DNA from: Acidobacteriota bacterium
Lineage (GTDB): Bacteria > Acidobacteriota > Thermoanaerobaculia > Gp7-AA8
Length of the DNA: 64,000 nt
NCBI GenBank assembly: GCA_019244185.1
Contig: JAFATB010000009.1
Coordinates: 25,218-89,217 of the forward strand
Direction of reading: 5' to 3'
Shown here: piece by piece, positions 50,051 to 63,389 of the stretch
How the letters are laid out: each line of letters begins with the position of its first letter
Numbering within the stretch: the first letter of the stretch is position 1
The notes under the pieces: generated by a model
The model's database searches: none
What the model saw: only the letters and a program-made list of their open reading frames with translations
Told to the model about the DNA's origin: nothing
Made by a program: the position numbers and the translations under genes

Positions 50051-51826
50051 CTACACGTCGATTCCCACGCTCCGCATCAGCTCGAGTGCGTTGCTTTTCG
50101 TGACGATCCCCGGGCGCATGCGATAGTCGAACACGACCTGCCCCTCCTCCACGCGATCCTCGAAGTGCACGTTCGCCGCGCCGGGGAGCGTTTCCGCGAT
50201 CTGCGCCAGCGCGAGGTCGTGCGTCGAGACGAGCCCCGCGCCGCCGCGCGCGACCAGGTTCCGCACGATGCCTTCCGCGCCGATGCGGCGGTCGTGCGAG
50301 TTCGTCCCGGCGAGCACTTCATCGAGCAGAAACAAGAGCGGCCCGCGCGTCGCGAGCTCGAGCACCTGGCGGATGCGCAGGATCTCGGCGTAGAAGCGCG
50401 ACGCGTTCTCCTGCAGCGAGTCGTGGATGCGGATCGACGCGCCGACCTGCGCCGGCGCGATGCGCAGCGCGCTCGCGCAGACCGGCCCGCCCGTCATCGC
50501 CAGCACCGCCGCGATGCCGACGCTGCGCATCATCGTCGACTTGCCGGACATGTTCGAGCCGCTCACGAGCAGCAGCCGCGTCTGCGCGTCGAGACGCAGA
50601 TCGTTCGTGACGCGGCGGTCGTCCGGAATGAGCGGATGGCCGAGGTCGCGCGCATCGAACAGCGGGCCCTCGGCGACGATCTCCGGGGTCGCGAACGACG
50701 GATGCTCGAACGCGAACGAGGCGAGCGACGACAGCGCCTCGACTTCGCCGACCGCCTCGATCCAGTCGCCGATGCGCGCGCCGGAGCGGAGGCGCCAGCG
50801 TTCGATGGCGAAGCCGACGTTCGTCGTCCAGAGCAGCAGTTCCGCGAGCGCGGCGAAGAACTGGTTGCGCCGCGCGTCGAGCAGTGCGACGAGCTTGCGC
50901 AGACGTTCGATGTCGTCGGCGCCGCGCAGGCGTTCGGCGAGCGCGGTGAGACGCGGCGACGTGAAGCGCTCGCGTTCGAGACGGGCGAGGAGTGCGCCGA
51001 GGAGCGCGAGGGCCGGCTCGGCCCGCTCGACTTCGGCGACGAGCGGCTTGACGCGCGGCGCGAACCAGCGGCCGAGGGTGAGCGTGATGAGGACGGAGAA
51101 GAGGAGAGGGGAGAGAGGAAAGGTGGCTGGTTCGCCGAGCATCTTCGCGACGAGCGACGGCAGCGTGACGACGAGCAGCACGACGTTGATCGCCGGAAAC
51201 ACGAGCGCGGCGATGCGCTCCCACGCCGCGAAATGCACCGGAGGCAGCGCCGCCCACGCGTCGAGGCGTGCGGACTCGATGTCGTGCGCGACGTCCGCGG
51301 CTTCGACCGCGACGTCTTCGCGCAGCTCGACCGCGTCGCGCAGCTCCGCGACTGCTTGCTGCCGCGCCACGATCTCCTCGCGCGCGGTCGCCGGCGTCTT
51401 CAGCCACGTCGCGAGTCGGGCGCGCCCGGCCTTCGTGATCGCGAGCGAGATCAGCTCGAACAGCGAGCCGCGTCCGAAGAGATCGAAGTCGCCCGCGTAC
51501 GGATGGTGATCGTCCGCGAACTCGCTCCCCGCATCGCCGCCTCCCGCCCACCGCCCGTCGAGCCGCGCCAGACCGCGCGCGTAAAACGCGGCGATCTTCT
51601 CCGCCCGCATCCGCCGCCGCACGACCCGCTCGTGCACGAACACCAGCGCGATGAAGACGGCCACCGGCACGATCGCCCACGCCACCGCCCACCACGCGAT
51701 GCCGATCGCCAGCGCGACGGCCACGAGCCGCGCCGTCGATACGCGCCGCTCCCGCGCGCGCAGCGCCACGACCTCCGCCTGCCGCGCCGCCGCCCGCTCA
51801 GAGTAAAGTTCCCTCGCGTTAGCCAT
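50051..51826 (-). CDS. Membrane-anchored MutS-related ATPase (domain V only)
   Basis: N-terminal TMs; SGSNMSGKST, SRFYAE, LLDEVLAGTNSHDR, STHD. Confidence 0.9.
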   Translation of the reverse strand: MANARELYSERAAARQAEVVALRARERRVSTARLVAVALAIGIAWWAVAWAIVPVAVFIALVFVHERVVRRRMRAEKIAAFYARGLARLDGRWAGGGDAGSEFADDHHPYAGDFDLFGRGSLFELISLAITKAGRARLATWLKTPATAREEIVARQQAVAELRDAVELREDVAVEAADVAHDIESARLDAWAALPPVHFAAWERIAALVFPAINVVLLVVTLPSLVAKMLGEPATFPLSPLLFSVLITLTLGRWFAPRVKPLVAEVERAEPALALLGALLARLERERFTSPRLTALAERLRGADDIERLRKLVALLDARRNQFFAALAELLLWTTNVGFAIERWRLRSGARIGDWIEAVGEVEALSSLASFAFEHPSFATPEIVAEGPLFDARDLGHPLIPDDRRVTNDLRLDAQTRLLLVSGSNMSGKSTMMRSVGIAAVLAMTGGPVCASALRIAPAQVGASIRIHDSLQENASRFYAEILRIRQVLELATRGPLLFLLDEVLAGTNSHDRRIGAEGIVRNLVARGGAGLVSTHDLALAQIAETLPGAANVHFEDRVEEGQVVFDYRMRPGIVTKSNALELMRSVGIDV

Positions 51827-51832
51827 CGTTCA

Positions 51833-51875
51833 ATTCTGCATTCTGCATTCTGCCTTCTGCATTCTGCCTTCAGCT
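51833..51875. repeat. Heptamer tandem run (ATTCTGC/CTTCTGC), single arm
   Basis: attctgc attctgc attctgc cttctgc attctgc cttcagc. Confidence 0.85.
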
Positions 51876-51929
51876 TTTGAACCTCCACGCCCGCACGCCC
51901 TCGCCACTGCGCGGCGTAGACTAATGTCC

Positions 51930-52376
51930 ATGCGCACCGTCGAGAATCTCTTCAACGACTACGCCGCGTACCACCGCACGCCCGGCAACAAAGCGTTCCA
52001 TCGCATCGGCATCCCGCTGATCATGCTGACGCTGATCGGCATGCTCGTGCGCGTCGCGTTCGTCGTCGCCGGCACGCGCCTCGACGCCGCGATGATCCTC
52101 ATCGCCGTCGCCACCATCTACTACCTCGTCATCGAGTGGCGCCTCGCGCTGGCGATGCTCGCCGTCTCCGTCGGCTTCTACTTCCTCGGCGCGGCGATGC
52201 CGTTCTGGCTCAACGTCGCGCTGTTCGTCCTCGGATGGATCTTCCAGTTCATCGGCCACAGCGTCTACGAGCATCGCCAGCCCGCGTTCTTCCGCAATTT
52301 CCTGCACCTTCTCGTCGGACCGCTCTGGATCCTCAACGACCTCCTGCCAGTGGTTCGCACCACGCGCACGACCTGA
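51930..52376 (+). CDS. DUF962/Mpo1-like membrane protein
   Basis: YAAYH..PGN...H.IGIP, WIFQFIGHSVYE.RQPAF. Confidence 0.88.
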   Translation: MRTVENLFNDYAAYHRTPGNKAFHRIGIPLIMLTLIGMLVRVAFVVAGTRLDAAMILIAVATIYYLVIEWRLALAMLAVSVGFYFLGAAMPFWLNVALFVLGWIFQFIGHSVYEHRQPAFFRNFLHLLVGPLWILNDLLPVVRTTRTT

Positions 52377-52426
52377 ACGACGCGCGCGGGCCGGATTTTT
52401 GCTCGTGACGCAACTCGGGACCGAGA

Positions 52427-52810
52427 GTGGGGAACGAACAGTACGGAGTGCTCGTCGTCGAAGACGATCCGGCCATTCGCCGCCTCGTGACGATGGTGCT
52501 GCAGCGGCAGGGTTATCGCGTCGACATCGCCGCCGACGGACTCGAGGCGGTGCTCAAGCTCGGCGTCTCCGAGTACGACGTCATCGTCCTCGATCTGATG
52601 ATGCCGAACCTCGACGGCTTCACGTTCCTCTCCACCGTCGCGCGCAACCAGCCCGAGCGCCTGCGCAAGGTCATCGTCACGAGCGCCGCGTCGCCCGCCG
52701 TCATCCGCGAGCGGATGGAAGGAACGCCGTTCTCGCTTCTGCCGAAACCGTTCGACATCGGCGAGCTCGTCGAGCGCGTCCGGTCGTGTATCGACGCGCA
52801 GCAGAACTAA
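52427..52810 (+). CDS. Single-domain response regulator
   Basis: LVVEDD, LDLMMP, KPF. Confidence 0.9.
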   Translation: MGNEQYGVLVVEDDPAIRRLVTMVLQRQGYRVDIAADGLEAVLKLGVSEYDVIVLDLMMPNLDGFTFLSTVARNQPERLRKVIVTSAASPAVIRERMEGTPFSLLPKPFDIGELVERVRSCIDAQQN

Positions 52811-52819
52811 AATGACGCC

Positions 52820-53872
52820 GTGGTCCCCCACGGCTCCGATCGTCTCCGCACTGCCGGAGGAAAACTCCTCCTCCTTTCCCTCCTTCCCAAAGGATGGACG
52901 GCGCGGACGCCGAAGACCTCGACCACCGCGGAGTTCCCCGGCACCGCCGTCTTCTGGGACGAGCAGTATTTCGAGGTGCTCGACGCGAAGCCGCAGCCGC
53001 GCGGCGTGCTCTACGTGCTCGCGCCGTGGAGCGACGCGCACACGATCCGCACGTTCGCGCCATACGACGACGCCTCCGAAGCGCGACTCGCAACGGAAGC
53101 GGAGGCCGCGGCGCGGCGGCAGAAGCAGTCGTTTGCCGCGCAACTCTCCGGCGTGCTTCTCGGACATCTCCCCGCCGCCGTACAGGACCGCATCGGCAGC
53201 GAGCTCGGGGTCGCGCCGTCGCGGATGACGCTGCTCTCTTGCGTCATCGGTCCGCTGACGCTCGGCGCGTGCTTCTGGAAGTGGTCCGGCGCCGCGCTCG
53301 CGCAACAGCCGTCGCCCGTTCCGCTGTGGGCGTGGCTCGTCGCCGGCGCGCTGATGCTCGACAGCATCATCCGCTTCCTCATCGTCTTCGCGCAGGACCG
53401 CGCCGCTGGCTCGCTGCCCGGCATCTTCGTCTACATCGCCATCTGGCTCGTCGCGCCGAAACGCGTCGGGCTCGTCTCACCGTTCGCATCGGCGCGCGGG
53501 ACCGCGCTCTTCACGCTCGCGCCGCCGGACGATGTCGCCACGCGCGACGCGATCGAGATGCGCGGCTCGATCTTTTCGCTGCTCACGCCCGCCGAACAGG
53601 CGAGCCTCGCCGCGCGCTACGGCTTCGACTACCGCCGCTACGCGTTCGGCATGAGCTGGACGATCCTCGCCGGCGCCGCGATCGGCGTCGTGACCTCCGC
53701 GGTGAAAGTCGCCGACAGCCGCAGCGTCTCCGCGTTCGTCTCGCTCGTCGTCGCCGCGGTGCTCGCCGTGGAACAGCTCGTCCGCCTCCCGTCGCTGCAA
53801 CGCGGTCCCGCCGGCAGCATCCTCGGCGCCCTCGTGCGTCCGTTCGTCCGCGGCTATCTGGAGCGTGGATGA
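52820..53872 (+). CDS. Hypothetical membrane protein
   Basis: Several hydrophobic segments; ATGA-coupled to the next gene; start uncertain. Confidence 0.65.
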   Translation: MVPHGSDRLRTAGGKLLLLSLLPKGWTARTPKTSTTAEFPGTAVFWDEQYFEVLDAKPQPRGVLYVLAPWSDAHTIRTFAPYDDASEARLATEAEAAARRQKQSFAAQLSGVLLGHLPAAVQDRIGSELGVAPSRMTLLSCVIGPLTLGACFWKWSGAALAQQPSPVPLWAWLVAGALMLDSIIRFLIVFAQDRAAGSLPGIFVYIAIWLVAPKRVGLVSPFASARGTALFTLAPPDDVATRDAIEMRGSIFSLLTPAEQASLAARYGFDYRRYAFGMSWTILAGAAIGVVTSAVKVADSRSVSAFVSLVVAAVLAVEQLVRLPSLQRGPAGSILGALVRPFVRGYLERG

Positions 53873-56013
53873 CAGGCGACGCTCGCGCGCGGCGCCTCGC
53901 CCTCGCGTCGTTCATCGCCGTCACCCTCGCCGCCGTCACGTGGGCGCGGCTGTGGCTCGTCGATCACCTGCACGACCAGGGCTGGTTCACGAAGTACGTG
54001 GTCTTCGCCGATGAGATTCGCGCCGGCCACATTCCGTACGCGCGCATCGGCGACGTCAGCCCGGCGTATCTCTGGCTGATGGTCGCGTTGCGCGCGCTCG
54101 GCACCGGCGTGCACGGCCTGCGCGTCCTGCAGGTCATCGCGCTGACGCTCGCCGCGCTCTTCTGCGCGCTCGCCGCACATCGCCTCGGCGGCTGGATCGC
54201 CGCGCTCACGACCGCGCTGCTGATCCTCGGCAATCGCGCCGCGCTCGTGCTCGCGACCGAGATCGAGCCGGAGACGCTGATCCTGCTGCTCACGTCCGCC
54301 GCGATCGCGGTGCTCGTCGCGCGCCGCCGCTTCGCGCCCGCGCTGCTCGGACTCCTCGTCGGACTCTCCGCGATCGCGCGCCCCGTCGCGTTGCTGCTCC
54401 TCGTGCTGCTCGTCGCGTGGATGTTCTTCCGCGAGTCGCGCCGCGATGCGCTGCTCCTCGCCGGCGCCGCGGCCGTGCCGATCGTGACGATCCTCCTCGT
54501 CAACGCGAGCCTCACCGGCAGCGTCTTCATCATGCAGCCCGGCGCGCAGTTCTACGAGGGCAACAATCCGCTCGCCACCAGCTGCGCCGGCGTGCTGCCG
54601 CGCATCGTCGCTGATCTCGACACGAACTCCCACGAGCCCGACTACCTGCACGTCGCCTATCGCCTCATCGCCGCGCGCGCCACGAACACGCCGATCGACG
54701 CGCGCCGCTCGAACCGCTACTGGAGCGCGAAAGCATTCGCGTTTCTGCGCGACGAGCCGCGCGCCGCGCTCGCGCTCTTCGCGTGGAAGGGCGTGCTCGC
54801 CGTGCATCACTACGATGTCTGGGACCTCTACACGATGCGCGCGAAAGCCATCGAGCTCGCGCGCTATCCGGCGATTCCGTTCGGCGCCGGCTTCGTGCTC
54901 GCCGTCGCCGCGTTCGCGCTGCGCCGCGACCGCGCGCGCCTCCTCCCGATCGCGTTCTTCGCCGTCTCCACGTTCGCCGCGCTCGTCCTCTTCAACGTCA
55001 GCGCGCGCCAGCGCAACGCGCTCCTCCCGCCGCTCGCGGTGTTGGGAGGTGCCGGCGTCGCCGAGATCGTCGCGCTCGCCCGCACGCGCCCCCGCGCCGA
55101 CCGCGCCCTCCTCGCCTTCGGCGCCGTCATCATCGCCATCCCGCTCCTCGGCATCGAAGGCAATCCGATGCGCGAGTACGAATACGACTGGTGGAGCTGG
55201 ACCCGCGCCTACGGGCTCCGCGACGCCGCCTACCGCGCCCGCGCCGCCGGCGACCGCGTGACCGCCGCCCGCTTCGCGGCGACGGCCTCGGTGCTCGAGC
55301 CCGGCGAAGAACCGCTCGTCTCCGCCCCTACGCTCCGTTCGTTCGCGCTGGCCGACCTCGCCGCCAACGCCGGCTCCGACCAGCACCGCTTCGACGCCGC
55401 CGTCGCCCTCGAAAAAGCCGGCGCCTGGCGCGAAGCCGACACCGTCCTCGCCACGCTCGACGACTACACCCCCCGCCGCGAAAACCGCGCCGTGAGCTCG
55501 GTCGCGTATTACCGCGCGCGCGCCGCGCTGGCCACCGCTCCCTCCCTCCCTCCCGCCATTTCCCCCGCTGTCCTGCTTTCTACTTCGCCCGCCCTCCCGC
55601 CTTCCCGCCCTCCCGCCGAAACGTTGCGCCGCCACCTCACCCGCGCCCTCGCCGAATCCCGCGGCGACCCCTACGTCCTCGCCCTGGCCGCGCTGACGCT
55701 CTCCGACTCCCGCGCGCGCGCCGAACTCGACGCGCTCTACGACCCCTTCACCCGCGGCACCGCCCTCGCCGCCGCCTACCAGGATTTGGGCGACACCCCC
55801 CGCGCCCGCGCGCTCCTCGCGCAGGTCGCGCAACGGTTCCCCGAGTGGCGCCGCCCCGTGGCGTTGCTCGCGACGATGCCGCCGGCCACACCGGCGCCCG
55901 CATCCGCATCGACATCCGCGCCGGCGTCTGCACCCGTCCCCGCACCGCCGCCCGCCGCCGCAGCGACACCTATCTCGCGTTCAATCTCCAGACGCGCCAC
56001 TCCGAGCCAGTAG
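53869..56013 (+). CDS. GT-C fold (ArnT/PMT-like) glycosyltransferase with TPR-like C-terminus
   Basis: Multi-TM; SPAYLW, ETL, GLSAIARP, FYEGNNP, RQR; helical tail. Confidence 0.7.
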   Translation: MTGDARARRLALASFIAVTLAAVTWARLWLVDHLHDQGWFTKYVVFADEIRAGHIPYARIGDVSPAYLWLMVALRALGTGVHGLRVLQVIALTLAALFCALAAHRLGGWIAALTTALLILGNRAALVLATEIEPETLILLLTSAAIAVLVARRRFAPALLGLLVGLSAIARPVALLLLVLLVAWMFFRESRRDALLLAGAAAVPIVTILLVNASLTGSVFIMQPGAQFYEGNNPLATSCAGVLPRIVADLDTNSHEPDYLHVAYRLIAARATNTPIDARRSNRYWSAKAFAFLRDEPRAALALFAWKGVLAVHHYDVWDLYTMRAKAIELARYPAIPFGAGFVLAVAAFALRRDRARLLPIAFFAVSTFAALVLFNVSARQRNALLPPLAVLGGAGVAEIVALARTRPRADRALLAFGAVIIAIPLLGIEGNPMREYEYDWWSWTRAYGLRDAAYRARAAGDRVTAARFAATASVLEPGEEPLVSAPTLRSFALADLAANAGSDQHRFDAAVALEKAGAWREADTVLATLDDYTPRRENRAVSSVAYYRARAALATAPSLPPAISPAVLLSTSPALPPSRPPAETLRRHLTRALAESRGDPYVLALAALTLSDSRARAELDALYDPFTRGTALAAAYQDLGDTPRARALLAQVAQRFPEWRRPVALLATMPPATPAPASASTSAPASAPVPAPPPAAAATPISRSISRRATPSQ

Positions 56014-56059
56014 CGCAGTCCTCTGGCCGGCCTAATCCCTTCCGCGACCCCGCGTGCAC

Positions 56060-56895
56060 CCGCCCTCGCGCGCACCCGCCCTCGCGCGCACCCGCACCTC
56101 GCCACCGCCCTCCGCCACCCTCGCTCCTTCTGCCACGGCAATCTCCTCCGCCTTCCACCTGCGCTGCCTGCTCTCGTGCCGCGACGCCCCTCTTCTCGTC
56201 ACCGCCTCTGCCCTCCGCCACCCGCCCTCACTCCGCCCACCCATCCCAGTTCACTCCCCACGGCCGCCTCCCAAGGCACGCCCTCGCGCCTCCGCCCTCC
56301 GCTACCCTCGCTGCTTCTGCCACCGCAATCTCCCTCCGCCTTCCGCCTGCACTGCCTGCCTCCCGCGCCCCGACGCCGCTTTTCTCGCCACCGCCCTGCC
56401 CCTTCCGCCACCCGCCCTCACTCCTTCCGCCACCTCCGCCTCCCCCCCGCCCGCCCATCCCAGTTCACTCCCCACGGCCGCCATCTCCCCAGGGCGCGCA
56501 CTCCGCACCTCGTGCCACCGCCCTCCGCCACCCTCGCTCCTTCTGCCACCGCAATCTCCCTCCGCCTTCCGCCTGCACTGCCTGCCTCCCGCGCCGCGAC
56601 GCCGCTCTTCTCGCCACCGCCCTGCCCCCTTCCGCCACCCGCGCTCACTCCTTCCGCCACCGCGCTCTCTCCGTCCGCCACCTCCGCCGCCCACCAACCC
56701 CTCCCAGTTCACTCCCCACGGCAGCCATCGCCCAAGCGCACGTACCCGCGCCTCGCGCCAACGCCCTCCGCCACCCGCCCTCGCTCCTTCCGCCACCGCA
56801 ATCCCTCTCCGCCGTCTGCCCGCCACCTCCACCCCCGCCACCCACCCATCCCAGTTCTCTCCCCACCGCGCCCCCTCCCAAGGCACGCCCTTCGC
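56060..56895. repeat. Degenerate C-rich tandem repeat, about 3.5-4 units of 150-245 bp
   Basis: cccagttc(a/t)ctccccac at 56245, 56459, 56703 and 56850; ...ctgccaccgcaatctccctccgcc... recurs in each unit. Confidence 0.85.
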
Positions 56896-56907
56896 ACCAC
56901 GCCCGGC

Positions 56908-58905
56908 GTGGTTCGAGCGGAGTTGGACGGCAGAAGTCGCGTCATCATCGAAGCCCCGTCGCCGATCGTCGACGGCGGCACATACCCCGCGAAACGCGTG
57001 GCGGGCGATCTCGTGCTCGTCGAGGCCGACATCTTCGCGGACGGCCACGACCTCATCTCCGCGGTCGTCCTGCATCGTCGCGACGGCGAGAAGAACTGGA
57101 CCGAAACGCGGATGCGCCCCCTCGTCAACGACCGCTGGCAGGCCGCGTTCCCCGTGCGCGAGCTCGGCTTCTATCGCTTCACCATCGAAGCGTGGATCGA
57201 CCATTTCCTCACGTGGCGCCGCGACCTCGAAAAGCGCGTCGAGGGCGGCGCATCGGATGAAGACCTGCGCGTCCAACTCCTCATCGGCCTCGAATATCTC
57301 CGCGCCGCGGCCAAACGCGCCGGCGCCCGCGACCGCCGCAAGCTCGAGTCGTTCATTACAGGACTCGAAAGCGACGATCCGATTGAAGACAAACTCGCCG
57401 ACGTTGCGAGCGAAGACCTGCTCGCGCTCATGCACCGCAATGCAGAGCGCAGTTTCGCGGCGCGTTATGACGATGAATTGCTGATTGAAGTCGACCGGCC
57501 GCGAGCCGCGTACAGCACGTGGTATGAGTTCTTTCCGCGTTCGACGGCGGCGGAGCAGGGGAGGCACGGCACCTTTCGCGACGTCGAGGCGCAATTGCCG
57601 CGGCTCGCGCGGATGGGATTCGATGTGCTGTACATGCCGCCGATCCATCCGATCGGCACGACCTTCCGCAAAGGCAAGAACAACAAAGTCTCCGCCGAGG
57701 CGGACGACGTCGGGAGTCCGTGGGCCATTGGCGGAACGGAGGGCGGGCACAAGTCGATTCATCCGCAATTGGGCACCATGGAGGATTTCGAGCGGCTCGT
57801 CGAGGCGGCGAAACGCCACGGGATGGAGCTCGCGCTCGACATTGCATTTCAGGCGTCGCCGGATCATCCGTATGTGAAAGAACATCCGGAATGGTTTCGC
57901 AAACGCCCGGACGGCACGGTCCAGTACGCGGAGAATCCGCCCAAGAAATACCAGGACATCTATCCCTTCCATTTCGAGAGCGAGGCGTGGCGCGCATTGT
58001 GGGAAGAGTTGCGCGACGTCTTCCGCTTCTGGGCTGGAAAAGGCGTTCGTGTCTTCCGCGTCGACAATCCGCATACGAAGCCGCTCCCGTTCTGGGAGTG
58101 GACGCTGCGTGAGCTGAAGCGCGAGTGGCCCGATCTGGTTTTTCTGGCCGAGGCGTTCACGCGGCCGAAAATCATGTACAGGCTGGCGAAGGCGGGTTTC
58201 ACGCAGTCGTACACGTATTTTGCGTGGCGCAATACCAAGGCGGAGCTGACGGAATACTTTGAAGAGATCGCGCGGCCGCCGGTGAGCGACTTCTTCCGAC
58301 CGAACGCGTGGCCGAACACGCCCGACATTCTCCCGGAATTCCTGCAGCATGGCGGACGAGCGGCGTTCGCGCAGCGCCTCGTGCTCGCCGCGACGCTCTC
58401 CGCGAATTACGGCATTTACGGGCCGGCGTACGAGCGCTACGAGCACCTGCCGCGCGAGCACGGCAGCGAGGAGTATCTCAATTCGGAGAAATACGAGCTC
58501 CGTCACTGGCCGGAAACGGACGACGACCTGTCCGATCTGATCGCGGCCATCAATCGCATCCGCCGCGAAAATCCAGCGTTACAGCAAAACGCAACCCTGC
58601 GCTTCCATCCCACCGACAACGACCAGCTGATCTGCTATAGCAAGTCAGCGGGCGACAACGTCGTTGTGGTCGTGGTCAATCTCGACCCGCACAATGCGCA
58701 TACGGGCTGGGTCACGCTGGATCTCGAGGCGCTGCAACTCAACGGCATCCGCTCGTTCCAGGTGCACGACCTTCTCAGCGGCGCCCGTCATACTTGGGAC
58801 GGCGCCCGCAATTTCGCGCGGCTCGACCCGAACGTCGTGCCCGCGCACATCTTCCGCATCCGCCGCCGCGTCCGCACCGAACGCGATTTCGAGTACTTTC
58901 TGTAA
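56908..58905 (+). CDS. glgE: Alpha-1,4-glucan:maltose-1-phosphate maltosyltransferase
   Basis: IFADGHD, WYEFFPRS, YAENPPKKYQDIYP, FRVDNPHTKP, LAEAFTRP, NTPDIL; start 56908 (GTG) or 56923 (TTG). Confidence 0.95.
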   Translation: MVRAELDGRSRVIIEAPSPIVDGGTYPAKRVAGDLVLVEADIFADGHDLISAVVLHRRDGEKNWTETRMRPLVNDRWQAAFPVRELGFYRFTIEAWIDHFLTWRRDLEKRVEGGASDEDLRVQLLIGLEYLRAAAKRAGARDRRKLESFITGLESDDPIEDKLADVASEDLLALMHRNAERSFAARYDDELLIEVDRPRAAYSTWYEFFPRSTAAEQGRHGTFRDVEAQLPRLARMGFDVLYMPPIHPIGTTFRKGKNNKVSAEADDVGSPWAIGGTEGGHKSIHPQLGTMEDFERLVEAAKRHGMELALDIAFQASPDHPYVKEHPEWFRKRPDGTVQYAENPPKKYQDIYPFHFESEAWRALWEELRDVFRFWAGKGVRVFRVDNPHTKPLPFWEWTLRELKREWPDLVFLAEAFTRPKIMYRLAKAGFTQSYTYFAWRNTKAELTEYFEEIARPPVSDFFRPNAWPNTPDILPEFLQHGGRAAFAQRLVLAATLSANYGIYGPAYERYEHLPREHGSEEYLNSEKYELRHWPETDDDLSDLIAAINRIRRENPALQQNATLRFHPTDNDQLICYSKSAGDNVVVVVVNLDPHNAHTGWVTLDLEALQLNGIRSFQVHDLLSGARHTWDGARNFARLDPNVVPAHIFRIRRRVRTERDFEYFL

Positions 58906-58910
58906 AGACA

Positions 58911-62165
<3,255 letters not shown>

Positions 62166-62292
62166 TGCAGCGAAGTGCGCTTGATTCTACGAGTCGCAGA
62201 GTTTGACGCGCGGTGCTGTCCACGCGCCGACTCATTTCCTACGCACGGTAGAAGTTCGAGGTTTGCCGTGGGTGCCGAGGGATCCTCGGCGC

Positions 62293-63258
62293 ATGACGAA
62301 TAAACCGAAACTGCTCGACTCCGTTCGTGGCGAACTACGCGCCCGGCACTACAGCCGCCGGACCGAGGAAGCGTACGTCGGCTGGATCAAGCGCTTCATC
62401 TTCTTTCACAACAAACGGCATCCGGCGTCGATGGGCGCGGACGAGGTCAACGCGTTCCTAACGAGCCTCGCCACGCAGTCGCACGTGAGCGCGCCGACGC
62501 AGAACCAGGCGTTGTGCGCGCTGCTGTTCCTCTATCGCCGCGTGTTGCAGGATCCGCTGCCGTGGCTGAAGGATGTCGTCCGCGCGCGTCGCATGGCGCG
62601 AGTGCCGACCGTCCTCACGCCGGAAGAAGTACGAATGGTGCTCAAGGCGATGTCCGGCACCCCGCAACTGATCGCGCAACTGCTGTACGGCGGCGGCCTG
62701 CGCCTCCTCGAATGCCTCCAGTTGCGCGTCAAGGATCTCGACTTCGCGCGCCGTCAGATCTACATCCGCGACACGAAAGGCCGACGCGATCGCGTCACGA
62801 CGCTCCCGCAACTCGTCATCAGCGACTTAACTACGCACCTCGCGCTCGTCAAAGAACAACACGATGACGACCTCCGCGACGGCTTGGGCTCCGTTTGGCT
62901 CCCCGACGCCATCGGCCGCAAGATCCCCAACGCCGACACCGAATGGCGCTGGCAATGGGTCTTCCCCGCCACCTCCCACTACACCGACGAAGAAACCGGC
63001 ATCAAGCGCCGCCACCACCTGCACGAAACCGTCATCCAGCGCGCCGTCCGCGCCGCCGCCACCCGCGCCGGCCTCACCAAACGCGTCACCTGCCACACCT
63101 TCCGCCACTCCTTTGCCACCCACCTCCTCGAACGGGGCAACGACATCCGCACCGTCCAGGAACTCCTCGGCCACCGCGACGTCTCCACCACCATGATCTA
63201 CACCCACGTGCTGAGGCTGGGGCCGCTGGGGGTGCGGAGCCCACTGGATCCATATTGA
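62293..63258 (+). mobile_element. intI: Integron integrase
   Basis: [30 protein letters not shown], integron-specific insert [43 protein letters not shown]. Confidence 0.95.
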
Positions 63259-63389
63259 TGGCAGCTTCACCGCCGTGGTATGCGACGCGTGTGTGGTTTG
63301 CGAAACAGCCAGAACGGGGGCCTGCTGGCAGCTCTAGCTGCCGCCGCCCTGCGTGTGTTATTCATCGGCAGCCAATGAGTAATGATGAC

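Noticed and set aside
52894-53868. 1039-aa fusion ORF 52894-56013
   Set aside because: The first third is an off-frame shadow of the 52820-53872 gene; the real start is the ATG at 53869.
56060-56895. CRISPR array or attC array in the C-rich repeats
   Set aside because: The sequence between anchor motifs is itself repeated and of variable length; there are no unique spacers, no cas genes and no RYYYAAC/GTTRRRY pairs.
56176-56907. Pro/Arg-rich N-terminal extension of GlgE (909-aa ORF)
   Set aside because: It is read-through of the stop-poor C-rich repeat; GlgE similarity begins at about GRSRVIIE.
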